From a virus, in IMG/VR virus record IMGVR_UViG_3300000101_000008, positions 37,269 to 101,268 of that record: a DNA stretch of 64,000 nucleotides. The stretch is one strand, 5' to 3'. Below, piece after piece: positions 26,769 to 36,445 of this stretch; position 1 is the stretch's first letter; the number at the start of each line of letters is the position of its first letter. A program made the position numbers and the translations under genes. Below the pieces are notes generated by a model. It did not search any database. It was given only the letters and a program-made list of their open reading frames with translations, and was not told the DNA's origin.

Positions 26769-29700
26769 ATGGCACTAACATCACCAGGAGTACAGGTTAG
26801 CGTAGTAGACGAAAGTTTTTACACACCCGCTGAACCAGGTACAGTACCAATGATATTCGTTGCCACCGCCGCAAATAAAACAAATGGCGCTGGTACGGGT
26901 ATTGCTCCAGGGTCACTGAAAGCAAACGCAGGTAAGCCTTACTTACTAACATCACAGCGTGACCTTACAGAGACATTTGGAGACCCAGTATTTTATACTG
27001 ATACAAATAACAATCCAATACATGCAGGCGAACTTAACGAATATGGTTTGCAAGCGGCTTACTCATTATTAGGTGTAAGCAACAGAGCATTTATTGTAAG
27101 AGCAGATGTTGACTTAGGCGCTTTACAAGCAACAGCAGATGCCCCAAGCGGTGCACCAGCAGATGGCGCACTTTGGACAGATACTGCATCAACAGCATTT
27201 GGTATTTTTGAATGGAATGGTGCGGCAGCATCGACAACAGGCGGACAGAGCTTTGCAGTTAAAACTCCTATTGTAATAACAGACGCAACAAAAACAAGCG
27301 GCTCAACTCCATATACACCAAAAGGTTCAGTAGGCGCAATAGGCGACTATGCTATAACTGCTGGCTTATCAACAATTTACAGAGTATGGTACAAAAACAC
27401 TTCAGGTAACTGGGTACAAGTTGGTTCATCTGCATGGACAGGAACTACACCAAGTGCAACTGGATCAGTTGTTGTAACAGGCGCTACAACATTATTAGAT
27501 ACCGATACTTTAGTACTTGATATAGGTGGTTCTAACTATACACTAACAGCGGCGGCCAGCGGTGGATCAGCTACTTCATTAGATGATATAGTTTCAAACA
27601 GTAACACAGTACTTTCGGGTACAGGTGTTAGTGTAGCAAACCTTAACAGTCAATTAGTAATTTACAATGATGGTTCAGTAGACACACAAATTACTCTTGC
27701 AGAAGGTGCTGGTTCTCCAGGACTTGCAGAGAAATTAGGCTTTACAGTTGGAAACTTTGATATTCCAGCATTAGCAATTGATCCACATACAAGTGTTCCA
27801 CAATGGAAGTCAACAGGCTCAGGTCAAGTTGCTCGTCCAAGTGGAAGTGTATGGCTAAAAACTACAGAACCAAACAGTGGTGCAAGATGGAGAGTAAAAT
27901 CTTACAATGCAGACACAGCACTTTGGGACTTAGTAGACGCACCAATATACGCTTCAAATCAAAGTGCATTATATGCATTAGATAAAGCAGGCGGCGGCGC
28001 TAACTTAGCAAAAGACGCATTGTACGTACAATCTAACTTTACAGAAGCATCAAGCAAATTAGGTGATTTTGTATTATTTAAAAGAGCGGCGGCAGGTGCA
28101 ACTACAATTAAAACTGCAGAAATAGCAACTCAACTTTCAGCAGTTACATATACATTTAAAATAGCAGAAAGTGTTGTAGGTAGTGCGGCATTAGCAACAG
28201 CAATAGAAGTAACATTTACTGCAACAGGTGCAAGTACTGACTCCGACGAAATGGCAGACGGTATTAACAGCGCAGGCTTTACTAATATTGTTGCTTCAGT
28301 AGACTCAACTAACAAAGTTGTAATTGAACACAAATTAGGTGGCGACTTTAGACTTGACAATGGTTCAGGTACAAGCCCACTTACATTAGTAGGTTTAACT
28401 AACGCGGCAACTAACGTATATGACGCTCCAACAGGTGATTCAACTAATGAACTAGTTGCTTCAAACTGGATGCCAGTAACATCAAGTGCTTCACAAGTGT
28501 ACGTAGCATCAGCTAACGCACCAACAAGCACAACAGCAGATGGTACATTATGGTACAGCAGTGTTATTGACGAAGTTGACATGATGGTACACAATGGTAC
28601 AACATGGGTTGGTTATAAAACATTATACAGTTCAAGTAACGGTACAACAGTATCAGCAACACAACCAAGTACTCCAGCAGATCAGGATCTTTGGGTTGAC
28701 ACATCAGACTTAGAAAACTATCCAACAATTTACCGTTGGAACAATGGTGCTCAAGAATGGCAGTTAGTTGACAAATCAGATCAAACTACTGAAGATGGTG
28801 TATTGTTTGCAGATGCACGTTATGGTACAACAGGCGGAACAACAACAGTTGCTCCAACAGGTACTATTACAGACTTATTAACAAGTGACTACTTAGACCC
28901 AGATGCTCCAGATCCAGCACTTTACCCACGTGGTATGCTACTTTGGAACACACGCAGAAGCGGCTTTAACGTTAAGAAATTTGTACGTAACGCAATTGAT
29001 GTTACTGCTGATAACGCAAGAGCAGGTGATGCATCAATGGCAAGTTACTATCCACACAGATGGCAAACAGAGTCAGCTAACCAAGAAGATGGTTCAGGTA
29101 GCTTTGGACGTAAAGCACAGCGTAAAGTTGTTGTACAACAGTTACAGGCTACAATGAATAGTAACGATGACATTAGAGATGACGAATCAAGAATCTTTAA
29201 CTTGATGGCAACTCCAGGTTATCCAGAGCTAATTGGTGAAATGGTTTCACTAAACTTTGATAGAGGATTAAGTGCATTCATCGTAGGTGATTCACCAGCA
29301 AGATTAACATCAGACGCTACTTCATTAAATGAATGGGGTCAGAACGTTGCATTAGCAGTTGAAGATAACGATGACGGACTTGTAAGCAGAGATGAATACT
29401 TAGGTGTATTTTATCCATGGGGCTTTACAAGTGACAACGCAGGTAACAATGTAGTTGTTCCACCAAGTCACATGATGCTAAGAACTATTGCGCTAAGTGA
29501 CCAAGTTAGCTATCCATGGTTTGCACCAGCAGGTACAAGACGTGGCGGCATTACAAATGCTACAGCAACAGGGTTTATTGATAACGAAGGCGAATTTAAT
29601 TCAATAGCATTAAACGAAGGACAACGTGATACACTTTATGCAGTAAGCGTTAACCCAATTACATTCATTAACGGCGCAGGCTTAGTTGCATATGGTCAAA

Positions 29701-30047
29701 AGACTCGTGCAAGAGGTGCAAGCTCATTAGATAGAATTAACGTAGCACGTTTGGTAATTTACTTACGTGGACAGTTAAACAAATTAGCTAAACCATATAT
29801 CTTTGAACCAAATGATAAGATCACACGTGATCAGATCAAACAGTCCGCAGAGAGCTTATGTTTAGAGTTAGTTGGTGCAAGAGCATTATATGACTTCTTA
29901 GTTGTATGTGACGAAAGCAACAACACTCCAGCTAGAATTGATCGTAACGAGCTTTACTTAGATATAGCGATAGAACCAGTCAAAGCAGTAGAGTTTATTT
30001 ACATTCCACTACGTTTGAAAAATACTGGTGAGATAGCAGGCTTGTAA
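26769..30047 (+). CDS. gp18: Tail sheath protein (enlarged)
   Basis: MALTSPGVQVSVVDES N-terminus; PWFAPAGTRRG, RDTLY...VNPI, GQKT, LDRINVARL, FEPND, IEPVKAVEFIYI. Confidence 0.95.
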   Translation: MALTSPGVQVSVVDESFYTPAEPGTVPMIFVATAANKTNGAGTGIAPGSLKANAGKPYLLTSQRDLTETFGDPVFYTDTNNNPIHAGELNEYGLQAAYSLLGVSNRAFIVRADVDLGALQATADAPSGAPADGALWTDTASTAFGIFEWNGAAASTTGGQSFAVKTPIVITDATKTSGSTPYTPKGSVGAIGDYAITAGLSTIYRVWYKNTSGNWVQVGSSAWTGTTPSATGSVVVTGATTLLDTDTLVLDIGGSNYTLTAAASGGSATSLDDIVSNSNTVLSGTGVSVANLNSQLVIYNDGSVDTQITLAEGAGSPGLAEKLGFTVGNFDIPALAIDPHTSVPQWKSTGSGQVARPSGSVWLKTTEPNSGARWRVKSYNADTALWDLVDAPIYASNQSALYALDKAGGGANLAKDALYVQSNFTEASSKLGDFVLFKRAAAGATTIKTAEIATQLSAVTYTFKIAESVVGSAALATAIEVTFTATGASTDSDEMADGINSAGFTNIVASVDSTNKVVIEHKLGGDFRLDNGSGTSPLTLVGLTNAATNVYDAPTGDSTNELVASNWMPVTSSASQVYVASANAPTSTTADGTLWYSSVIDEVDMMVHNGTTWVGYKTLYSSSNGTTVSATQPSTPADQDLWVDTSDLENYPTIYRWNNGAQEWQLVDKSDQTTEDGVLFADARYGTTGGTTTVAPTGTITDLLTSDYLDPDAPDPALYPRGMLLWNTRRSGFNVKKFVRNAIDVTADNARAGDASMASYYPHRWQTESANQEDGSGSFGRKAQRKVVVQQLQATMNSNDDIRDDESRIFNLMATPGYPELIGEMVSLNFDRGLSAFIVGDSPARLTSDATSLNEWGQNVALAVEDNDDGLVSRDEYLGVFYPWGFTSDNAGNNVVVPPSHMMLRTIALSDQVSYPWFAPAGTRRGGITNATATGFIDNEGEFNSIALNEGQRDTLYAVSVNPITFINGAGLVAYGQKTRARGASSLDRINVARLVIYLRGQLNKLAKPYIFEPNDKITRDQIKQSAESLCLELVGARALYDFLVVCDESNNTPARIDRNELYLDIAIEPVKAVEFIYIPLRLKNTGEIAGL

Positions 30048-30053
30048 AGATGA

Positions 30054-30059
30054 TAAATA
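30054..30059 (+). promoter_or_regulatory. Putative late promoter (TAAATA)
   Basis: gaTAAATA between sheath and tube genes, AGGAG RBS downstream. Confidence 0.6.
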
Positions 30060-30085
30060 TATATAACAAATTAGGAGCAAAGTAA

Positions 30086-30724
30086 ATGGCTATTTCATCA
30101 TTATCAAAAATCACAGTTCCATTAGCTTCGGATGCAAGTAACTCTACCCAAGGGTTACTTATGCCAAAACTCCAGTATCGCTTTAGAGTGTCACTGGAAA
30201 ACTTTGGTGTAAGTGCAGGCGAAGTTACTGAACTAACAAAACAGGTTCAGGATGTTACTAGACCAAACGTAAGCTTCGAGACAATGACTGTTGACGTATA
30301 TAACTCAAGAGTTTATCTTGCAGGTAAACATACCTGGGAAGCTATTACACTTACTTTAAGAGACGATGCTACTGGTGCTGTACAAAAACTAGTTGGTGAA
30401 CAACTACAAAGACAGTTCGATTTTATGGAACAGTCAAGTGCGGCAAGCGGAATTGATTATAAGTTTGTAACTAGAATCGAAATTCTAGACGGTGGTAACG
30501 GTAACTACGCACCAGAAACATTAGAAACTTTTGAACTATACGGTTGTTACTTAGAAAGTGCAAATTACAATTCATTAGCATACAGTGCTAACGAACCAGT
30601 AACAGTTGCATTAACAGTTAAGTACGACAATGCTATCCAAACATCAGGCGCAAGCGGTGGTGGAGTAGGTACTGCTATTGGAAGATCAGTAGCGGCTATA
30701 GCAAGTACAACTGGCGCAAGCTAA
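30086..30724 (+). CDS. gp19: Tail tube protein
   Basis: PKLQYRFRV, YLAGKHTWEAITLTLRDD, LYGCY, VKYDNA; follows the sheath gene. Confidence 0.88.
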   Translation: MAISSLSKITVPLASDASNSTQGLLMPKLQYRFRVSLENFGVSAGEVTELTKQVQDVTRPNVSFETMTVDVYNSRVYLAGKHTWEAITLTLRDDATGAVQKLVGEQLQRQFDFMEQSSAASGIDYKFVTRIEILDGGNGNYAPETLETFELYGCYLESANYNSLAYSANEPVTVALTVKYDNAIQTSGASGGGVGTAIGRSVAAIASTTGAS

Positions 30725-30753
30725 GTTACTTAATAGTACAACAAATTAGGATT

Positions 30754-30775
30754 AGGGGCTTCATTGCCCCTTTTT
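30754..30775 (+). terminator. Rho-independent terminator
   Basis: AGGGGC-ttcatt-GCCCCT stem-loop followed by a T run. Confidence 0.8.
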
Positions 30776-30803
30776 CATTTTATACGCAGTTAATAACATT
30801 GGA

Positions 30804-30809
30804 TAAATA
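30804..30809 (+). promoter_or_regulatory. TAAATA late promoter, 5 nt before ATG (leaderless)
   Basis: gaTAAATAttagtATG with no RBS. Confidence 0.65.
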
Positions 30810-30814
30810 TTAGT

Positions 30815-32230
30815 ATGGCGAACATATTCAATGGATTCTTAGATAACTTAGTAAACGGCGCACTTAGTCCAAAGGGCGACATGGCCGACTATTCACATGC
30901 GGCACGTTTATTCACAGACGACAACTTTCGTTTAGCTCCCAAACAAAAGTTTCTATATCATGTAACACTTAATTTAAATGACAACGTAGTAAACAAAGTA
31001 TTACCAGGTTGGGTTGGCAGACATACTAATGAAGTTAATATGCTTGTTAAAAGTGTAACTATGCCTAGTTATGATATAACAACTGAAACTAAGAACAAAT
31101 ACAATCGTAAAAAGAATGTACAAACACGTATAGATTATTCACCTGTAAATATTGTATTCCACGATGATAACAATAGCATAACAACACAGTTATGGACAGC
31201 ATACTATAACTATATGTTTAGAGACGGTACATATGGTAGCAGAGATGGCGCAGGAGCACCAAATCAAAGTGCAAGACCATATGATAGATTTAATGCGTAC
31301 AAAGGTAGTACACAGAACGGTGACCGCTTTGGTTTAGATAACAATCAATACGAACCGTTTTTTACAAGTATACAAATATCACAGTTAGCAAGACATCAAT
31401 ATCTTACGCTAACATTAGTAAACCCAATTATTGAAAAATGGTCACACGATACACTTGATAATTCAGCAAGTGCTGAGCCTGTGCAGAATACAATGACAGT
31501 AGCATACGAAAGTGTATTTTATGCAGACGGTGCTATTGTAGAAGGATCAACACCTAAAGGGTTTGCAACAGAACATTATGATTCAACACCTAGTCCAATT
31601 GCCGCAGGTAGTGGCGGAAGCCTATTTGGTAGCTCGGGTGTACTAGCAGGCGGTGTTAGTGTGCTAGGAGATTTAGCAGGCGGTAAAGCAGACTTAGGTA
31701 CATTACTTACAGCGGCACGTACAGTTAAAAACGCTAAGAAACTTACTAAAGAAGGTTTGCGTAACGAAGCATATCAAGTTGCAGGACAAACTATTAGAAC
31801 AGCAACAGGAACTAACGTAAGTGGACTTGCTAATACTAGTTTTCCAAAATCCGGTGGCAAAGGTACACAAACAACTGAAGCAAAAGCAATTACAACTGTT
31901 AAGCAAAACAAACAAATAGATACAGCAGAATTACAAACAGCACTAGCCAATAATGCAGAACTAAAAGACTTAGTTGCAGAAAGAGCTGTTGCAATTGGTG
32001 CAGTAAGTACACTAGCAGGGTATAATATAGGTAATGCCGCAGGACTTGGAGCGTACGATAACCTTACTGTAAACGAAAAAACAATAGTTAAAACAGAAGT
32101 TGATCAATTACTATCTAATGAAGATCCCAAGATGTTATCCATTACCAACTCCATAGTCACTAAATACAGAGAGTCACAAGCAGGCAGTAGTACTATTGCC
32201 GCACAAAAGAATCCATTAGGAAACGTATAA
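30815..32230 (+). CDS. Tail-tube-fold baseplate/tube initiator protein (gp48/gp54-like)
   Basis: LVKSVTMPSY...NKYNRK...IDYSPVNIVFHDD...TVAYE parallels tube-protein motifs; adjacent to gp19. Confidence 0.6.
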   Translation: MANIFNGFLDNLVNGALSPKGDMADYSHAARLFTDDNFRLAPKQKFLYHVTLNLNDNVVNKVLPGWVGRHTNEVNMLVKSVTMPSYDITTETKNKYNRKKNVQTRIDYSPVNIVFHDDNNSITTQLWTAYYNYMFRDGTYGSRDGAGAPNQSARPYDRFNAYKGSTQNGDRFGLDNNQYEPFFTSIQISQLARHQYLTLTLVNPIIEKWSHDTLDNSASAEPVQNTMTVAYESVFYADGAIVEGSTPKGFATEHYDSTPSPIAAGSGGSLFGSSGVLAGGVSVLGDLAGGKADLGTLLTAARTVKNAKKLTKEGLRNEAYQVAGQTIRTATGTNVSGLANTSFPKSGGKGTQTTEAKAITTVKQNKQIDTAELQTALANNAELKDLVAERAVAIGAVSTLAGYNIGNAAGLGAYDNLTVNEKTIVKTEVDQLLSNEDPKMLSITNSIVTKYRESQAGSSTIAAQKNPLGNV

Positions 32231-32231
32231 T

Positions 32232-32600
32232 ATGGCAAACAATTTACCAGCAGTTCCAGCACAAGATAGCGGTGCAGAAGTTAAAGAATTTTTCAATCAA
32301 TACTTAACAGAAAAAACTTCTTATCCGGCAAATGATGTTGACGCAGTAATAGGCTTTTTTGAAAATAGAGGTTTCGAAAAATCAAGTGCTATTGCAGTAG
32401 GTACAGCAATCTTAAATCAAGCAAAAGTAGATGACATAAATGTGTTTGAACTTATTGATACACTAAAAGGTATTAACTCAACACAGATGAGTGATATCAT
32501 TGCTAACGTACTAAACTACAGTAGAGAAAAAACAAGCACACTTGGATTTAAAGTAACTTCAAATTACGAAAAAATTGAAAAGCGAAACATCATATACTAA
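32232..32600 (+). CDS. Hypothetical protein
   Basis: 122-aa ORF coupled within the morphogenesis operon. Confidence 0.6.
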   Translation: MANNLPAVPAQDSGAEVKEFFNQYLTEKTSYPANDVDAVIGFFENRGFEKSSAIAVGTAILNQAKVDDINVFELIDTLKGINSTQMSDIIANVLNYSREKTSTLGFKVTSNYEKIEKRNIIY

Positions 32601-32606
32601 AATGCC

Positions 32607-33044
32607 ATGGGAAGATTTGCACAGGGAAAATATAGTCTCAAAAATCCTGAGAAGTATATAGGTACAAAGACACCAACTTATAGAAGTAGTTGGGAGTTTA
32701 CGTTTATGCGATTTTGCGACGAACACCCAAGTGTTGCTAAATGGGCAAGTGAAGCAATTAAAATTCCATATAAGAATCCATTAACCGGAAAGCATACAAT
32801 ATATGTTCCGGACTTCTTTATTGCATACGCAGACCGTAAAGGAAAGCAACGTGTAGAACTAATAGAAGTAAAGCCAGAGAATCAAGCAGTAAAAGAAAAA
32901 CTAGGCCGTAGTAAACATAACCAGGCTTCTTGGGTAGTTAACCAAGCAAAATGGGAAGCCGCAAGGGCATACTGTAAACAAAAAGGTATATTCTTTAGAG
33001 TCATAACAGAAAAAGATATATTCCACAACGGTAAAAGACGATAA
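32607..33044 (+). CDS. gp4: Head completion nuclease (T4 gp4 / TnsA-like PD-(D/E)xK)
   Basis: KNPEKYIG, YRSSWE, WASE, YVPDF, IEVKP, NQAKWEAA, FRVITE. Confidence 0.9.
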   Translation: MGRFAQGKYSLKNPEKYIGTKTPTYRSSWEFTFMRFCDEHPSVAKWASEAIKIPYKNPLTGKHTIYVPDFFIAYADRKGKQRVELIEVKPENQAVKEKLGRSKHNQASWVVNQAKWEAARAYCKQKGIFFRVITEKDIFHNGKRR

Positions 33045-33074
33045 ATAATAGTAGCATATAATGGTATAGGACAC

Positions 33075-33575
33075 ATGACCAAAAAACTAGAAGATTTACT
33101 CAACATGCCTGATTCAAAAGAAATTATACAACAGGCAGAGAAACAAGAAAAAGCACAAACAAAACACGAAGTAGCTCATGAAGATAGCTTTCGTGATATA
33201 GCAGAGTTTGATAAAATTACAAGCGCATTACCAGCTGTTAAAGGCTTAGGTGATAAAGCAGATAGTGAGTTAAATGAAATAGCAGATAAAGCACTTGAAG
33301 CATATGACGATTTAATGAATCTTGGTATGAATGTAGAAAGCCGTTACAGTGGTAGAGTATTTGAAGTTGCAGGCGGACTGCTTAAAACAGGACTAGATGC
33401 AAAAGTAGCAAAACTTAATAATAAGTTAAAAATGGTTGAACTACAACTTAGAAAAGAAAAGCAAGATAAAGACGGTGGCATTAGTGAAGACGGTATGATT
33501 GCTGGAGAAGGCTATGTTGTAACAGATCGCAATAGCCTCTTAGAAAAGCTCAAAGGACTCGATAAGGATAAATAA
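33075..33575 (+). CDS. Probable terminase small subunit (gp16-like)
   Basis: Helical core with RVFEVAGGLL and C-terminal DRNSLLEKL, resembling T4-like small terminases; near gp17; TAAATA at 33042. Confidence 0.55.
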   Translation: MTKKLEDLLNMPDSKEIIQQAEKQEKAQTKHEVAHEDSFRDIAEFDKITSALPAVKGLGDKADSELNEIADKALEAYDDLMNLGMNVESRYSGRVFEVAGGLLKTGLDAKVAKLNNKLKMVELQLRKEKQDKDGGISEDGMIAGEGYVVTDRNSLLEKLKGLDKDK

Positions 33576-33585
33576 CTTATATAGG

Positions 33586-34107
33586 ATGGATAATATGGAA
33601 ACACGATTTCAAGAATTGCTAAACGAGTCTAAAAAGACTTATGCATTTAAAATAGGTATTGCAGGTGTTTTGCCTGAAGGTTGCGAAGAAAGCATCAAAA
33701 CATGCTTACAAAAGTATGATGTTGCTAGTATGAGCAAAGGTAAAAAGACACCTATTACAGAGCGTCCATTAGATTTTCCACAGTTGGAAAACATGGAAGT
33801 TACTTACTTTGAAGTCGAACTTAACTATCCTTCCACACAACAAGTTTTACAAGAGTATATTGGACAGTGCTGTAGCATAGACCAAGCACATATTATTGTA
33901 AGAAATCCATTAGAGATGCAAGAGAAATATCAGGAAATGCCTGAGGACAATGTATATCAATCAAAGTTAACAACAGAAGACATGGGTGGCGAAAGCGCAC
34001 AAGACTCAGTTGGTGAAAACAGAGTAATGGAATTATTGAAAGAACTTGAAAAAGTAAAAACAGAACGTGAGCACGATCCAAGTGCGGCGGTATCGGAGAC
34101 AAACTAA
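33586..34107 (+). CDS. Hypothetical head-associated protein
   Basis: N-terminal FQELLNES (T4 capsid-targeting / gp21-cleavage-like); TAAATA at 33569. Confidence 0.5.
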   Translation: MDNMETRFQELLNESKKTYAFKIGIAGVLPEGCEESIKTCLQKYDVASMSKGKKTPITERPLDFPQLENMEVTYFEVELNYPSTQQVLQEYIGQCCSIDQAHIIVRNPLEMQEKYQEMPEDNVYQSKLTTEDMGGESAQDSVGENRVMELLKELEKVKTEREHDPSAAVSETN

Positions 34108-34799
34108 TGAATATGAAAAAGTTAATAGAGTCGATTGATGTTGCACAGGAAGGCTTACCAATGCCTATGCCTGGTACAGCACCTGAGATGGACAAAGGTA
34201 ACCCAGTAACAATGAATGTTAACATGAATGCAAGCGGCAAAGAACATGTTGCAGATTTAATTGATATGATGAAAAACGCAGGCATGGAAGGCGCAAAAGA
34301 AGTCGGCGCTGAGATTATGCCAATGCGTAGAGATATGGAAAGACTACGTGATATAGTTAAAGGTCCAGACATGGAAAAAGACATGGATGATCTTAAACCA
34401 GGCATGCAAGATGAGCCATGTGATAATTGCGGTAAGCAACATGTTGGTGCAAGTAGTTGTAATGATGACATTGAAATGGATGACGAAGCAGTTGCAGACG
34501 AAGCATATGCTAACGAGCCAGATGAAAAATACAGTGCAATAGACGATGTAATTAATTCAGGCGATGATTTACATAAGTCTAAAGCGGCATATCCTGCAAC
34601 ACAGGGTGGCGACAATCCAATGGCGTTACAAGACGAAATTAAAGAAAAATTAGCGGCTAGACTTAAAGAGTTAATGGCTGGCGATGTAGAAGAAGCAGGC
34701 GACCACGATCATGAAGAAGGCGAAGAACATGATTGTCCAGAATGCGGCGCTCCAGGCAAAACGAAGTTAATGGCTTGTAGCTCTTGCGGCTGTAGTTAA
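34107..34799 (+). CDS. Acidic, Met-rich prohead core / internal-protein-like
   Basis: MKKLIES N-terminus, very acidic, YANEPDEKY motif, C-terminal CPECG...CSSCGC Cys cluster; TAATG coupling. Confidence 0.5.
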   Translation: MNMKKLIESIDVAQEGLPMPMPGTAPEMDKGNPVTMNVNMNASGKEHVADLIDMMKNAGMEGAKEVGAEIMPMRRDMERLRDIVKGPDMEKDMDDLKPGMQDEPCDNCGKQHVGASSCNDDIEMDDEAVADEAYANEPDEKYSAIDDVINSGDDLHKSKAAYPATQGGDNPMALQDEIKEKLAARLKELMAGDVEEAGDHDHEEGEEHDCPECGAPGKTKLMACSSCGCS

Positions 34800-34813
34800 A
34801 ATACACAAAATTC

Positions 34814-34840
34814 AATAGGGCTTCCGGGCCCTATTTTTTT
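34814..34840 (+). terminator. Rho-independent terminator
   Basis: AATAGGGC-ttccgg-GCCCTATT followed by a T run. Confidence 0.85.
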
Positions 34841-34843
34841 GAG

Positions 34844-34849
34844 TAAATA
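34844..34849 (+). promoter_or_regulatory. TAAATA late promoter, 4 nt before terminase ATG (leaderless)
   Basis: gTAAATAcagtATG directly after the terminator. Confidence 0.65.
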
Positions 34850-34853
34850 CAGT

Positions 34854-36434
34854 ATGAGCAAGAGTTTAGACGGTGTCCTTACTAAAAAGGCCAATCAAAA
34901 AGAATCATTTAGCGAAGCACAAATTGCTGACTTGTTAGCATGTACAGATCCTGACACAGGGTATATGTACTTTGCCAAGAAGTTTGCTTTTATACAACAT
35001 CCTGTACAAGGTAAGTTGTTGTTTGATCCTTATGAGTATCAAACACGTTTGATGCATTCATATCACAGTTATCGTTTTAATATAAACATGATGCCTAGAC
35101 AAACAGGTAAAACTACTTGTGCGGCAATATACCTTGCATGGTATGCAATGTTTGTACCTGATCAAACTATACTTATTGCGGCACACAAATACACAGGTGC
35201 TCAAGAGATTATGTCACGTATACGTTACATATATGAAACATGCGAAGATCATATTAGAGCAGGTGTTACAAGTTACAACAAAGGTAGTATTGAGTTCGAA
35301 AACGGCAGTAGAATTGTATCACAAACAACTACTGGAAACACTGGACGTGGTATGTCCATATCATTACTATACTGTGACGAGTTTGCATTTGTGCAACCTA
35401 ACATCGCAGAAGAGTTTTGGACATCAATATCACCTACACTAGCAACAGGTGGTCGTGCTATTATTACTAGCACACCTAACAGTGATGAAGATACGTTTGC
35501 TACTATTTGGAAACAAGCAGAAGAGAAGTTTGACGCACACGGTAATGAAACTGAACTAGGGTCAAACGGATTTCATAGTTTTGTTGCAGAGTGGCAGGAG
35601 CATCCAGATAGAGATGAAGAATGGAAAGAAGCAGAAATTGGACGTATAGGCGAAGAAAAGTTTAGACGTGAATACGGCTGTGAATTCTTAGTCTTTGATG
35701 AAACACTTATTAACAGTATTAAGTTAGCCGCAATGGATGGTAAAAATCCTATATTAAATATGGGTCAAACTCGTTGGTATAAAAAGCCAAGCAGTGAGTT
35801 TACATATGCAGTTGCATTAGATCCGTCAATGGGAACAGGTGGCGATAATGCCGCAATTGAAGTATTTGAATTACCTAGTTATGAACAAGTAGCAGAGTGG
35901 CAACATAACCAAACAGGCATTCCAGGACAAGTTAGAGTATTAAGTGATATATGTAATTACATTGCTACTGAAACTAAGTCCGATACTAATGTATATTGGA
36001 GTGTAGAAAACAATGGTATAGGTGAAGCCGCACTAATTGTTATAAATGACTTTGGTGAAGAAAATATACCCGGACTATTTGTAAGTGAACCTATACGCAA
36101 AGGACATGTACGTAAGTTCCGTAAAGGATTTAATACTACACACAGTACAAAAATTACTGCATGTAGTAGACTTAAAACTATGATAGAAAACGATAAAATG
36201 TCTATAATAAGTAAACCTTTATTATCAGAACTAAAAGGCTTTGTTGCAACGGGTTCAAGTTTCCAAGCAAAGTCAGGAATGACAGATGATTTAGTAAGTG
36301 CTACATTACTTGCTATTAGAATGATGGCAGTACTAAAAGACTGGGATCCAAGAGTGTATAATACATTCAATCAAGCCGAACAAGATGCAGATTATGAGCC
36401 ACCAATGCCTATCTTCATTAGCAGTAACTATTGA
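34854..36434 (+). CDS. gp17: Terminase large subunit
   Basis: PRQTGKTT Walker A, LYCDEFAF Walker B, ITSTPN, FRREYGCEF, nuclease VALDPS and DDLV. Start placed at ATG 34854 rather than the TTG at 34839. Confidence 0.95.
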   Translation: MSKSLDGVLTKKANQKESFSEAQIADLLACTDPDTGYMYFAKKFAFIQHPVQGKLLFDPYEYQTRLMHSYHSYRFNINMMPRQTGKTTCAAIYLAWYAMFVPDQTILIAAHKYTGAQEIMSRIRYIYETCEDHIRAGVTSYNKGSIEFENGSRIVSQTTTGNTGRGMSISLLYCDEFAFVQPNIAEEFWTSISPTLATGGRAIITSTPNSDEDTFATIWKQAEEKFDAHGNETELGSNGFHSFVAEWQEHPDRDEEWKEAEIGRIGEEKFRREYGCEFLVFDETLINSIKLAAMDGKNPILNMGQTRWYKKPSSEFTYAVALDPSMGTGGDNAAIEVFELPSYEQVAEWQHNQTGIPGQVRVLSDICNYIATETKSDTNVYWSVENNGIGEAALIVINDFGEENIPGLFVSEPIRKGHVRKFRKGFNTTHSTKITACSRLKTMIENDKMSIISKPLLSELKGFVATGSSFQAKSGMTDDLVSATLLAIRMMAVLKDWDPRVYNTFNQAEQDADYEPPMPIFISSNY

Positions 36435-36445
36435 TAAATACATTT

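Noticed and set aside
32607-33044. TnsA-like nuclease read as a Tn7 transposon
   Set aside because: Motifs and context match the T4 gp4 head-completion protein; no tnsB/tnsC or transposon ends.
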